Under the pieces are notes generated by a model that saw only the letters and a program-made list of their open reading frames with translations, had not been told where the DNA came from and ran no database searches. Shown piece by piece: positions 54,912-64,000 of a DNA stretch of 64,000 nt. Origin of the DNA: a virus (taxonomy: Duplodnaviria > Caudoviricetes); the IMG/VR virus record IMGVR_UViG_3300044846_003573; one strand, given 5' to 3'. Within the stretch, counting starts at the first letter, position 1; every line of letters starts with the position of its first letter. Position numbers and translations under genes: made by a program.

Positions 54912-55675
54912 TAATCTAAATCAAAGTTTGGGCTACTAGCCGTATTACCAACCCATCCAGCAGTATCTATTTCATAAAAATATTCGGTATTATATTCTAA
55001 TTCTTCATTTGTCTCAACTTCTATTGCCATCGGTGATGCGTATACTAATATAGTTTCATTTGTATCTTCATAATCTGTGATTGTGTCAGAGTCAATTTTG
55101 TCATATCTGTTAAGTTTACTAATTTCTGATTTTAATTCTTCATTAATACTAAAATAAAAGTCTAATTTTAATTCGTAAGCGTCGCTTTTTTGTTGTTCAC
55201 CTGTACCACCACAGTCATAACAATCTTCAGTACCTCTACCCCCACAGGAATCACATTCACTTTTACCACCACCATCACAATTTGAACATGTTTCACCTTC
55301 GTCGTCTTCACCTTCACCACCACAATCAGAACATTCTACTTCACCTGAACCATCACATTCACTGCAACTAATTTCACCATCACCACCACAGTAATCACAG
55401 CTTTCCTGAACTTCAGTATCAAATACATTAGCAATTGCATAGGTAAATCTTTCATTATCTACTTTCCATAATATTGATTCAAATTCTTTTTCACCATTAT
55501 TAATGGCATTGATTAAAAATACCAATTTAACAAAATCCCATCCTTCTAACACGGACATCATTTGTTTATACGGGCCTTTACGGTCATTTAATTTTCTTGA
55601 TATTTGTGTAACATTTGTATCTTTAATGGATAAAGATAGCTTTTTCGCGATTTGAATTAATTTATTGTTTTCCAT
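54908..55675 (-). CDS. Protein with DnaJ-type CxxCxGxG zinc-finger repeats (no J domain)
   Basis: Six CxxCxGxG motifs; start moved to MENNK. Confidence 0.7.
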   Translation of the reverse strand: MENNKLIQIAKKLSLSIKDTNVTQISRKLNDRKGPYKQMMSVLEGWDFVKLVFLINAINNGEKEFESILWKVDNERFTYAIANVFDTEVQESCDYCGGDGEISCSECDGSGEVECSDCGGEGEDDEGETCSNCDGGGKSECDSCGGRGTEDCYDCGGTGEQQKSDAYELKLDFYFSINEELKSEISKLNRYDKIDSDTITDYEDTNETILVYASPMAIEVETNEELEYNTEYFYEIDTAGWVGNTASSPNFDLDY

Positions 55676-55702
55676 AATATTTATAAATATACCATTTTTA
55701 TA

Positions 55703-57391
55703 ATGAATAAAAAACAATTACACGAACAATCATTAAAAGAACTACGTAAGTTAGAATATATATTTGAGGATGCGATTGATAAATCAACTTTTTTTAACGC
55801 TAAAAACGCTAGAGCTCATTTACAAAGTTTAGGGTATAAAGTTAAACCAACATTAGATGAAGTTGGTGATATTACACCTGAGTTTTCTAGTATATTACAA
55901 AAAATAGGTTCAGCGTTTAAAAAAGAAATGCCTGATTTAAACATACAATTTGGTTCGGGTAGGGATAGTTTTCATCGAAGAATATCAGGTACCAGTAGAC
56001 ATAATAAAGGCAACGCTAATGACGTAGTTTTTTGGAAAAATGAACAAGGTGACATCAAAGAAACCGATAATGAAATATTGGATAAAATTTCAACGTTACT
56101 ATGTGCCGCAAGAAAAAGTATTCCAGGATTTACATTTATTGATGAATACAGACACGGAACAAGAAATTCAACAGGTAATCATTTTCACCTATCTTGGTCA
56201 GAGAATGGGAGAGATGAAAGTAGATTTACACCAAAGTTTTGTAATTCAATAAATGTGTCAAGTTTAGATAGTTTTGAATTTCCTGAAGTTCCAAATAATG
56301 AAATTATCGATAAAAAAGAACCGTCTAAACTTGATAAGTTTTTAGATTATGTTGGGTTAGGTGAATTGAGTGACGCGACGGCAGGTAATAAAGAAAGTCA
56401 AAAAGGACTGGTGGATAAGGCAAAAGAACTTTTTTCAGATGATGATGTGAAAGATAATGATGAAGGTTTTGAAATATTTGGATATAAATTAGACGATATA
56501 TTAGATAACGTAAAAAGTATTATACCTCAATTTGAATCTGAACAAAAGAAAAAAAATATTTTAGAAACTCTTCAGATTAGCGATATTTCAGGGATGTCAA
56601 CTTATGGAAGGAAAAATGAAAAACTTAAATCAAGAAATTTTTTTGTTATCCATCATACTGCTGGTAGGGGTGATGCTGAAAAAGTTGTTGGCATTCTTAA
56701 TAGTAGAAAAGGTGGATTAGGTGTTCAATGGGTTATAGAAAGAGATGGGTCTATTGTTCGAACATTACCTGATGGAAGTAGAGGGGCTCATATTTTAAAT
56801 TCAAGTGATTTCCCATCGGCTCCAAAAGGAATTAATAATTCTAACACTGAAGGTGTTGAAGTTGTTGGTATGAATGATGATGACATTTTACCTGTACAGG
56901 CGGTTTCTGCACTTAAATTGGTTAAATCTTTGGGGTATAGTCCTGATAGGATTTACGGCCATGGTGAAATAAATCCGGGACATAAAGCAAAAACTGAAGG
57001 TCAAACAATAAAACAATTTATTTTAAAAAATTGGGGTAATAGTGAATCTGATTATGACTATTCTATGTTTGATAATAGGGGTGGTGATATTGAAACTGAA
57101 AAAAATAATACTAAAGAACCAAATAAACTAGAAAAATTTTTAGACTATGTTGGGTTAGGAACTTTTGTAGACGCTAAACCCGGAGATAAAGAAAGTCAAA
57201 AAGAGTTAGTGTCAAAAATCCAAGATAAAAAAGATGTTAAAGATACTGGTGACGGATTTGAAATTTTTGGATATAGTGTTGATGATATCTTAGATAAAAT
57301 TGGTGATTTATTACCTCAATTTGAATCTGAACAAAAGAAAAAAAATATTTTAGAAGATATTCAAAAAATTAAATCAAAAATGATTAAATAA
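55703..57391 (+). CDS. Tandem wall hydrolase: M15-type peptidase-like domain + N-acetylmuramoyl-L-alanine amidase, each followed by a duplicated module
   Basis: SRHNKGNAND...HFHLSW (SxHxxGxAxD...HxH); FVIHHTAG...IERDGSI...EGVEVVG...IYGHGEI. Confidence 0.7.
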   Translation: MNKKQLHEQSLKELRKLEYIFEDAIDKSTFFNAKNARAHLQSLGYKVKPTLDEVGDITPEFSSILQKIGSAFKKEMPDLNIQFGSGRDSFHRRISGTSRHNKGNANDVVFWKNEQGDIKETDNEILDKISTLLCAARKSIPGFTFIDEYRHGTRNSTGNHFHLSWSENGRDESRFTPKFCNSINVSSLDSFEFPEVPNNEIIDKKEPSKLDKFLDYVGLGELSDATAGNKESQKGLVDKAKELFSDDDVKDNDEGFEIFGYKLDDILDNVKSIIPQFESEQKKKNILETLQISDISGMSTYGRKNEKLKSRNFFVIHHTAGRGDAEKVVGILNSRKGGLGVQWVIERDGSIVRTLPDGSRGAHILNSSDFPSAPKGINNSNTEGVEVVGMNDDDILPVQAVSALKLVKSLGYSPDRIYGHGEINPGHKAKTEGQTIKQFILKNWGNSESDYDYSMFDNRGGDIETEKNNTKEPNKLEKFLDYVGLGTFVDAKPGDKESQKELVSKIQDKKDVKDTGDGFEIFGYSVDDILDKIGDLLPQFESEQKKKNILEDIQKIKSKMIK

Positions 57392-57417
57392 AAAAAGGGA
57401 CTAAAAAGTCCCTTTTT
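57391..57417. terminator. Bidirectional terminator
   Basis: aaaaaagggact-aaaa-agtccctttt between the hydrolase gene and the tmRNA 3' end. Confidence 0.8.
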
Positions 57418-57420
57418 AAT

Positions 57421-57815
57421 TGGTGGAGATGCGGGGATTCGAACCCCGGTCCAAATATGTCGACCATAAAACACTACACGTTTAGGTCATTGTTTTTCTA
57501 AACAATCCGAAACTTCACAATTCCCTTATTTTATAGTGGTTCGGTTTACTGAGAACTAATCCTCCACTTTGTTCCTTTTCGGATAGAAACCACACCACGG
57601 TACAAGCTTCTGTTGCAAGGTTATATGCTCACCGACCCCGTTGTATACTAATCTTAGATTAGGCTACAGTTACTTCTTCAGTACGGATTAAACCGAGTGT
57701 AGAAAGTTTTGCAATTGTGTTGCCGTTTGTGTTTTAAACCAGTTTTACAGGGTTAGTTTAGCCCCGACGTGCGTTTTATGACAGATTCATACCTGTCAAA
57801 TCCAAAAACATCCCC
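57421..57815 (-). ncRNA. ssrA: tmRNA
   Basis: 5' GGGGATGTTTTTGGATTTGACAGG and 3' GGACCGGGGTTCGAATCCCCGCATCTCCACCA form an alanine-type tRNA-like domain; internal tag ORF; TATCTTTG at 57838-57845 upstream. Confidence 0.9.
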
Positions 57816-57890
57816 ATATACTCAAAGAACTATGTTACAAAGATATAAATATATTCTTCTTTTACCAAGTATTTATTAAAAAAAAGTTTA

Positions 57891-58970
57891 ATGAGTCAAC
57901 TTTATCAGGCATTAAAAGATTTTACGGAAGATTTAGTTACTGCAAATTTTGTTAGGTACGAAGACGATGAGGATATTTTACGTATTACAAGAATAAATGA
58001 AAAAAATCTTGGTAAGTCTTTGGTTTATTTAACGTTTGATAGTGATGATTATGTTGACCTTTTCACTAGAAATAATGATGAAACTAATAACGGTTATTTA
58101 ATTAGAGTTGCTTTCCAAGGGGGGTATTATGGAGGTAATGTTTTTGTTGATGATTATTCCATGGATTATGATTGGGATGAGGGTTATTTACTACACTATT
58201 TCAATGATGAGAATTTAGATAGGGTTAAACAAATAGTAAAAATATTAAGACCTAGTCTTTCCGTTGAGGATTTAAGAAATCATAACGATAAAGTTATTGA
58301 AATTTGTAAGTGGTTAAAAAATGAATTTTCAAATGAGATAGATAGTATTATTTACGATTATTCAAGTGAATATGATGAAGCCTTGGTTAAAGGATTAAGA
58401 CAATATGTTATATCTAAATTATGTAACGCTTTACTTCCTTTAAATATCTTTGAGAAAAAATGTACTAATCTCTACATGACAACTGTATCAATTCTTTTAA
58501 ATACTTGGGATAAGTCTGGTGAAGACAAAGACGCTAAACTTTCAGATATGTTAAAAACAAGTATTGACCAATTGGGAATACAGTTTGATGAAGATTTATA
58601 TGAAGATTATTATGCTTATTTTGATAGTCAAAATTATGATGATGAAGGTTTTAACAGAAGTGTAACTTGGAATCTTGATAAAATCATGGAAAAAATTGAA
58701 AATAGTGATAATATTGATTCTTATCGTAAAAACTCTGAAACACTTGAAAAACTATCAAAGTTAAAGTATGGTGAATTTAATAGATGGTATGAATTTCCTT
58801 CACAAAAAACATTTGGTGAAAAGACACCAAACAAATTCATAATTCAAGATGTTGATGACGGAAAAATACTCATTACATATAGTAATCATAGTAAAAATGA
58901 ATTTAACCAAACCGTTAAAATTGATTATGATACTTTCTTAAATTTTTTATATCATCCTGAATTGTTTTAA
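57891..58970 (+). CDS. Acidic hypothetical protein
   Basis: ORF track. Confidence 0.65.
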   Translation: MSQLYQALKDFTEDLVTANFVRYEDDEDILRITRINEKNLGKSLVYLTFDSDDYVDLFTRNNDETNNGYLIRVAFQGGYYGGNVFVDDYSMDYDWDEGYLLHYFNDENLDRVKQIVKILRPSLSVEDLRNHNDKVIEICKWLKNEFSNEIDSIIYDYSSEYDEALVKGLRQYVISKLCNALLPLNIFEKKCTNLYMTTVSILLNTWDKSGEDKDAKLSDMLKTSIDQLGIQFDEDLYEDYYAYFDSQNYDDEGFNRSVTWNLDKIMEKIENSDNIDSYRKNSETLEKLSKLKYGEFNRWYEFPSQKTFGEKTPNKFIIQDVDDGKILITYSNHSKNEFNQTVKIDYDTFLNFLYHPELF

Positions 58971-58997
58971 TAAAAAAATAGCTTATCTTTATGAGCT

Positions 58998-59816
58998 ATG
59001 ATAGAAAATGTTGATTTTTTAAAAAAGGTATTGTCAATACCTACAAAATCATTTAAAGAAGATTTAATGATTGAATTTTTGGTTAAATATTTAACCGAAA
59101 AAAAACATAATTTTAAAGTTGATGACTTTGGAAATGTTTATGTCACAAAGGGTGAAATAAACGAGGGTGAATTTTACCCTTGTATTGTTGCACATACTGA
59201 TACGGTTCATAACATTGACACAATCAATATCCATGAAGAACAACTTAAAGACTCAAAAGGTAATCCAAGTTTATCACTTAAAGCATATAACGATTTGGGT
59301 AACCCGACAGGTATTGGTGGTGATGATAAGTGTGGAGTGTTTGCCTGTCTTCAGTTATTGGAAGTCTTTGATGTAATTAAAGTTGCTTTATTTGTATCTG
59401 AAGAAGTTGGTTGTTTGGGTTCAAAAGAAGCTGACAGGGGTTTTTTTAGTAATGTAGGTTACGCAATTCAATTTGACGCTCCTGACGACTACATGGTAAC
59501 AGAATATTGTTATGGTGTTAAAGTATTTGAAACGGATTCTGAATTTGAAACAAAGGCTAAAAAAGTTCTTTCTGAAGGTATGTTATCTGAACCAAAATAT
59601 ATGCAACACCCTTACACAGATGTTTGGCAACTTCGTAAAAAGTTTGACTTCTCTTGTATCAACTTTTCAATCGGATATCACAACTATCACACACCAAACG
59701 AATATGTTGTTGTCCATGAAGTTTTTGCCGGTATGAATACAGGTAAAAAACTAATCGAAGAACTCGGTAAACAGAAATACCAATTCATACACAGTTCACA
59801 AGTTTTTAATTTTTAA
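58998..59816 (+). CDS. M28/M20-clan zinc peptidase
   Basis: VAHTDTVH, GGDDKCG, SEEVGCLGS, FD, IGYHNYHTPNE. Confidence 0.8.
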   Translation: MIENVDFLKKVLSIPTKSFKEDLMIEFLVKYLTEKKHNFKVDDFGNVYVTKGEINEGEFYPCIVAHTDTVHNIDTINIHEEQLKDSKGNPSLSLKAYNDLGNPTGIGGDDKCGVFACLQLLEVFDVIKVALFVSEEVGCLGSKEADRGFFSNVGYAIQFDAPDDYMVTEYCYGVKVFETDSEFETKAKKVLSEGMLSEPKYMQHPYTDVWQLRKKFDFSCINFSIGYHNYHTPNEYVVVHEVFAGMNTGKKLIEELGKQKYQFIHSSQVFNF

Positions 59817-59820
59817 TTAT

Positions 59821-59849
59821 AAAAAAAAGGGGGTTTATTCCCCCTTTTT
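59821..59849. terminator. Bidirectional terminator
   Basis: aaaaaaaaggggg-tttatt-cccccttttt. Confidence 0.8.
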
Positions 59850-61898
59850 CTTTCTTGGTCTTTTCACTTTTGGTGTTTCATCAGGTTGGGCTTCAACTTC
59901 TGATATTGACACTTCCTCCTCATTGATTTCAATATTGTAGGACTTATACATTACAATTTTTTCACGTAATACTTCATCTGAAATGTAGTCTTCAATCTTT
60001 TCTTGAATCGCTCTTTTCAAAGGACGTGCTCCGTAAACATCATCAAATCCAACTTTTGAAACAAAGTCAATTACTGACTGACCGAAGTTAATGTTATATC
60101 CCAATTTTGACAAACGAGATTTCAATTTGTTAACTTCAACCAAAACAATCTTTTGAATATCGTCATTTTGAAGTGTATTGAATACAATTACCTCATCCAA
60201 ACGATTGATAAATTCAGGTGCGAAGTGGTTCTTCAATTCTTTGTTTAACATTGTTTTTTTAAGTTCTTCATTAGCATAAACATTATTAGTTTTACTAAAC
60301 CCAACACCTGCTCCAAATTCTTGCATCTTTTTCACCCCAAGATTTGAAGTCATAATAATTAAACAGTTCTTGAAATTGATTTTTCTTCCAAAACTATCTG
60401 TCATGTAACCTTCATCCAACAATTGAAGTAATGCCGAGAATATATCTTTGTGAGCCTTCTCAACCTCGTCAAATAATACCACAGAGTATGGTTTGGTTTT
60501 AACTTGTTCTGTAAGTTGACCACCTTCATCATATCCTACATAACCTGGAGGTGAACCAATCAAACGAGATACGGTATGTTTATCTTGATATTCAGACATA
60601 TCAACTCGGATAAGATTTTCATCACTACCAAAGATTTGTCTTGCCAATTCTTTTGCCAATAATGTCTTACCAACACCTGTTGAACCTAAGAATATAAATG
60701 AACCAATTGGTTTATTTGGGTCTTTGATACCTAATCTATTTCTACGAATAGATTTCGCAATCTTTGTAACCGCTTCTTTTTGTCCAATGACTGATTTATT
60801 TAACTCTTCCTCTAAATTAATAAGAGCAATTTTATCATCTAAATTAAGTTTTGTTAAAGGTATTTTTGTCATTGTTGACACTACCTCGTAAACCAATTCT
60901 TCAGAAATTGTTTTTCTATTATCCAAAAGAGTTTGTTCAAACTTTTTCTTTTCAATATCAAGTTGTGATAAAACTTTCTTTTCTTTATCTCTTAAGTTAG
61001 CGGCTTCTTCGTAATTCTGTTTTTTAACAACAAGTAATTTTTGTTGTTTAATCTCTAACGCCTGACGTTTTAATTCATCAATTATTTCAGGATTTTTTAC
61101 ATCCACCTGAGCTCTTGCTCCGACTTCATCTAAGATGTCAAACGCTTTGTCAGGGAACTCTCTGTCCGTGATATATCGCTCCGCTAAGTCAACACAGATT
61201 TGTAGAATATTATCGGTATAATTTACTTTGTGATAATTTTCGTATCTGTCTTTAACATTTTTAAGGATTTGTAATGTTTCTTCTTTTGTTGATGAACTAA
61301 CAATTACTTTTTGAAAACGTCTATCCAACGCTCCGTCCTTTTCAATTTGTTTTTTATACTCATCTAATGTTGTAGCTCCAATACATTGTATTTCACCTCT
61401 TGATAATGCTGGTTTTAAGATATTGGATGCGTCCATGGAACCTGAGGCGTTACCTGCTCCGACAATGGTATGGATTTCATCAATGAATAGAATAACATTT
61501 GGGGTTGCTTGAATTTCTTCCAAGATAACCTTTAATCGTTCCTCAAATTGACCACGATACTTTGTTCCGGCAACAACTGAATTCATCTCTAATGAAAGAA
61601 TACGTTTGTCAACCAAGTTTCTTGGACAATCACCTTCAAAAATCTTCATTGCCAATCCCTCAACAATTGCCGTCTTACCACAACCAGGTTCACCGATGAT
61701 AATTGGGTTGTTTTTCTTTCTTCTTGAAAGGATTTGAGCAATACGTAATATTTCGTCTTCTCTACCGACAACGGGGTCTAACTTACCTTCTTCGGCAAGT
61801 TTAATAAGGTCACGACTAAAATTGTCTAAAACAGGTGTACTTGAGTTAACCTCTGCTTTTTTTGGTAGTTTCCCACCTTCTTCAACTGAATCTGTCAT
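59835..61898 (-). CDS. clpC: ClpC-type AAA+ ATPase lacking the N-terminal Clp repeat domain
   Basis: Two AAA modules ([16 protein letters not shown]), [15 protein letters not shown]-like [15 protein letters not shown] loop; start moved to 61898. Confidence 0.85.
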   Translation of the reverse strand: MTDSVEEGGKLPKKAEVNSSTPVLDNFSRDLIKLAEEGKLDPVVGREDEILRIAQILSRRKKNNPIIIGEPGCGKTAIVEGLAMKIFEGDCPRNLVDKRILSLEMNSVVAGTKYRGQFEERLKVILEEIQATPNVILFIDEIHTIVGAGNASGSMDASNILKPALSRGEIQCIGATTLDEYKKQIEKDGALDRRFQKVIVSSSTKEETLQILKNVKDRYENYHKVNYTDNILQICVDLAERYITDREFPDKAFDILDEVGARAQVDVKNPEIIDELKRQALEIKQQKLLVVKKQNYEEAANLRDKEKKVLSQLDIEKKKFEQTLLDNRKTISEELVYEVVSTMTKIPLTKLNLDDKIALINLEEELNKSVIGQKEAVTKIAKSIRRNRLGIKDPNKPIGSFIFLGSTGVGKTLLAKELARQIFGSDENLIRVDMSEYQDKHTVSRLIGSPPGYVGYDEGGQLTEQVKTKPYSVVLFDEVEKAHKDIFSALLQLLDEGYMTDSFGRKINFKNCLIIMTSNLGVKKMQEFGAGVGFSKTNNVYANEELKKTMLNKELKNHFAPEFINRLDEVIVFNTLQNDDIQKIVLVEVNKLKSRLSKLGYNINFGQSVIDFVSKVGFDDVYGARPLKRAIQEKIEDYISDEVLREKIVMYKSYNIEINEEEVSISEVEAQPDETPKVKRPRKKKGE

Positions 61899-61986
61899 AA
61901 AATAGTTTTTATTAAAATTAAATGAATTTGTTCTTAAATTCAACTACAAATGTAATTCAAAATTATTTATCATTAAAAAAAAAGTT

Positions 61987-62229
61987 ATGGCAATCACAAA
62001 AGAAACAATCAGTGGAACAAATATTATTTGTGAAATTGAATCATCAAACATTACTAAAACAGATTTCAACACAGAGAGTAAAAAACTAATTGTTGATTTT
62101 AAAACCGGCGCTCAGTATGAATATGAGGAGGTACCTCATGAAGTTTATACAAGATTTAGAATGGCAGAATCACAAGGAAGTTTTTTCAATAAAAACATTG
62201 CAAAGGCTTACAAATATAAAAGATTGTAA
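61987..62229 (+). CDS. KTSC-domain protein
   Basis: ESSNI...L.V.FK.G..YEY..VP...Y...A.SQGSFFNKNI. Confidence 0.8.
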   Translation: MAITKETISGTNIICEIESSNITKTDFNTESKKLIVDFKTGAQYEYEEVPHEVYTRFRMAESQGSFFNKNIAKAYKYKRL

Positions 62230-62249
62230 TTAGTTGATATTTATTATTT

Positions 62250-63011
62250 GTGAAAGATAATAATATAATTCAAAGTTTTTTTTCTAAAGATGAACTTAAC
62301 TCAAAAATTTGGGATGAGAACATGAAGTTGCGTAAAGAAGTAAGAGAAAAATTACTTTACACTGCAAATGAATTTATTGATTTTATTGGTGTTCCTTTAT
62401 TAATTGAGGATGTTATTTTCACAGGTTCTTTAGCAAACTACAATTGGTCGGAGTATTCTGATATTGATTTACACGTCGTTTGTGATTTCATTCAATTTTC
62501 TGACACTGAGTTATCACTTTACGAAGAATTATTTAAAGTTAAAAAAACTATTTTCAATACCAATCACGATATTAAAATTTTTGGGTATGAAGTTGAACTA
62601 TATGTTCAAAACGCATCTGAAGCACATTTTAGTTCAGGTGTTTATTCAGTTCTATATGATGAATGGGATATGAAACCTGAAAAAGAAGAAGTTAAGATAG
62701 ACACTAAATTATTAAAGTCAAAAATTAATCATTGGAAAACACAGATTGACACTGTGGTTGATAACGCATCAGAGAAAGATATTGATGAAGCAAGAGAATA
62801 TATTAAAAAATTTAAAGAAAAACTTAAAAAATATAGGAGTTCAGGTCTTAAAAAAGATGGTGAATATTCATATGAAAATTTGGTCTTTAAGTACTTAAGA
62901 AGAAGTGATTATTTGGAAAAACTATTTAATTTAGAGAATAAATTGGTCGATAAAGAATTATCACTAATGGAACAAAAGATAGATTTTTTACTTAATCTAA
63001 AAAAATCTTAA
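62250..63011 (+). CDS. Pol-beta-superfamily nucleotidyltransferase
   Basis: FTGSLANYNW...SDIDLH...EVELYVQ. Confidence 0.75.
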   Translation: MKDNNIIQSFFSKDELNSKIWDENMKLRKEVREKLLYTANEFIDFIGVPLLIEDVIFTGSLANYNWSEYSDIDLHVVCDFIQFSDTELSLYEELFKVKKTIFNTNHDIKIFGYEVELYVQNASEAHFSSGVYSVLYDEWDMKPEKEEVKIDTKLLKSKINHWKTQIDTVVDNASEKDIDEAREYIKKFKEKLKKYRSSGLKKDGEYSYENLVFKYLRRSDYLEKLFNLENKLVDKELSLMEQKIDFLLNLKKS

Positions 63012-63043
63012 ATTTCTGTATATTTATTAAGAAAACTTAAATT

Positions 63044-63232
63044 ATGGCGCAGTATTCTTCTGGAACATATACTTATGTGGTTATTAACAACACTACAGGT
63101 GGAACTAATTGTAATACTTGTACATCAACATTACAACCACACCCAACTTATGGTGGTGGAACAATTTCAGGAGATACTGTAATACAACTAAACGCCGTAA
63201 CAATAGGCGGTTTTAACGGATTAAATAGTTAA
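63044..63232 (+). CDS. Small T/G/N-rich protein
   Basis: ORF track; TATTTAT upstream. Confidence 0.55.
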   Translation: MAQYSSGTYTYVVINNTTGGTNCNTCTSTLQPHPTYGGGTISGDTVIQLNAVTIGGFNGLNS

Positions 63233-63238
63233 AAAATT

Positions 63239-64000
63239 ATGAGCAAACTAAAACCAATTGGTAGTGAGAAACTACAAGGTATGGATAAAATCCAAAGAAT
63301 TATGGAAATAGCTCGTTATAACGAGAATATACCAAATTCAATTAATGAAACATCTTCAGTTGATTACAGAGTAACATTAGCTGATGGTAACACCTATGAA
63401 ATTGTAAAAGAAAGATTGGGTTATATCATTAAAAAACAAATCAATGAATCTACTTCAGATTATATTGACCATATGAAGAATAGAAAACATTTTTCTTCAT
63501 ACTCTGCAGCTATGAGAAAATTAAATTTAATGGCTGGTGAAATTAATAGAGTTAATGGTATTAGTGAAGGAATTTCTTTATTTACTGAAGATAAGAAATA
63601 CATGTTAAAAACACCAAAACCTGAAATGGAAGCCCCAACTGAAGCACCTTCAGATTTACCTCCACCGGCACCTGCTCCTGAGGAAACTCCTGCACCTGCT
63701 GACCCATCTATGGGTTCAGACATGGGTGGTGATTTACCAGTTGCACCTGAAGGTGATGAAATGGGTATGGAAGAACCAACAGGTATGGAAGAACCAACAG
63801 GTATGGAAGATATGGGTGAATTACCATCAGAAGGTGGGGAAGGTGAACCTGTAACATTTAAATCTATCCAAAAGTTAACTGGAAAGTTGGCTCAAAAAAT
63901 TAGAGATTATTCAGGTGAAGATGAGTTATCAAGTAAAGATGTAAAATATGTTATTAATTCAATATTATCTTCTTTAGATTTAAATTCATTGGATGAAGAA
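63239..64000 (+). CDS. Hypothetical protein with P/E-rich linker, runs off the window end
   Basis: Manual translation MSKLKPIGSEKLQGMDKIQRIMEIARYNE...GMEEPTGMEEPT...; open to 64000. Confidence 0.7.
   Translation, partial: MSKLKPIGSEKLQGMDKIQRIMEIARYNENIPNSINETSSVDYRVTLADGNTYEIVKERLGYIIKKQINESTSDYIDHMKNRKHFSSYSAAMRKLNLMAGEINRVNGISEGISLFTEDKKYMLKTPKPEMEAPTEAPSDLPPPAPAPEETPAPADPSMGSDMGGDLPVAPEGDEMGMEEPTGMEEPTGMEDMGELPSEGGEGEPVTFKSIQKLTGKLAQKIRDYSGEDELSSKDVKYVINSILSSLDLNSLDEE

Larger units (their letters stand above)
4175..61954. promoter_or_regulatory. Dispersed Bacteroidota-type -7 promoter elements (TAnnTTTG)
   Basis: Plus strand: 4175, 22290, 23653, 28401, 32513, 35195, 39925, 54113. Minus strand: 13201, 20075, 21997, 43277, 53596, 57838, 61947. 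Each is just upstream of a same-strand gene or RNA. Confidence 0.7.

Noticed and set aside
1-64000. cas genes or a tracrRNA-like anti-repeat for the arrays
   Set aside because: No ORF with Cas1, Cas2, Cas4, Cas9, Cas12 or Cas13 motifs recognised. The best intergenic match to the repeat by eye was only 7 nt (GGTGGAA near 20407). They could lie outside the window or in the host.
1-64000. Alternative genetic code (stop-codon reassignment), as in some huge phages
   Set aside because: Known enzymes are full length under code 11, and genes end in TAA, TAG and TGA at expected places.
1-64000. Cellular chromosome or eukaryotic giant virus origin
   Set aside because: Mostly small unknown genes, free-standing homing endonucleases, tmRNA, bacterial wall hydrolases and Bacteroidota-type promoters fit a bacteriophage better. 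No hallmark capsid or terminase gene is in the window, so this remains an inference.

Overview
AT-rich (roughly 30% GC by eye), densely coded window that looks like part of a jumbo or huge dsDNA phage genome. The host is probably Bacteroidota: TAnnTTTG promoter elements precede many genes and both RNA genes, and Shine-Dalgarno motifs are essentially absent. Recognisable genes: RmlA (partial), RmlC, type II glutamine synthetase, GIY-YIG and two HNH endonucleases, acyl-CoA thioesterase, pterin carbinolamine dehydratase, DUF2237, a GT2 plus LpxH-like pair, a pyrimidine-dimer glycosylase-like protein, FKBP/SlyD, a PPK2-lysozyme fusion, GH19 and M15+amidase wall hydrolases, an OmpA-like protein, an M28-type peptidase, an N-domain-less ClpC, KTSC, a nucleotidyltransferase, tRNA-Arg(UCU) and a tmRNA with an unusual tag. 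Two things stand out. (1) Four paralogous genes (11043-13195 and 19276-20070, minus strand) each contain an in-frame CRISPR-like array. In total there are 28 full copies of a 36-bp repeat separated by 28 unrelated spacers of exactly 30 bp. All spacers are stop-free, the repeat is conserved at nucleotide level and decays in a polar way, and no cas or reverse transcriptase gene is present in the window. (2) About 36 unrelated proteins carry one of three short N-terminal leaders ending in L/I/V-x-E, almost always behind a TATTTAT motif, suggesting a large capsid-targeting or propeptide system. Functional names come from motif recognition only; no database search was run.
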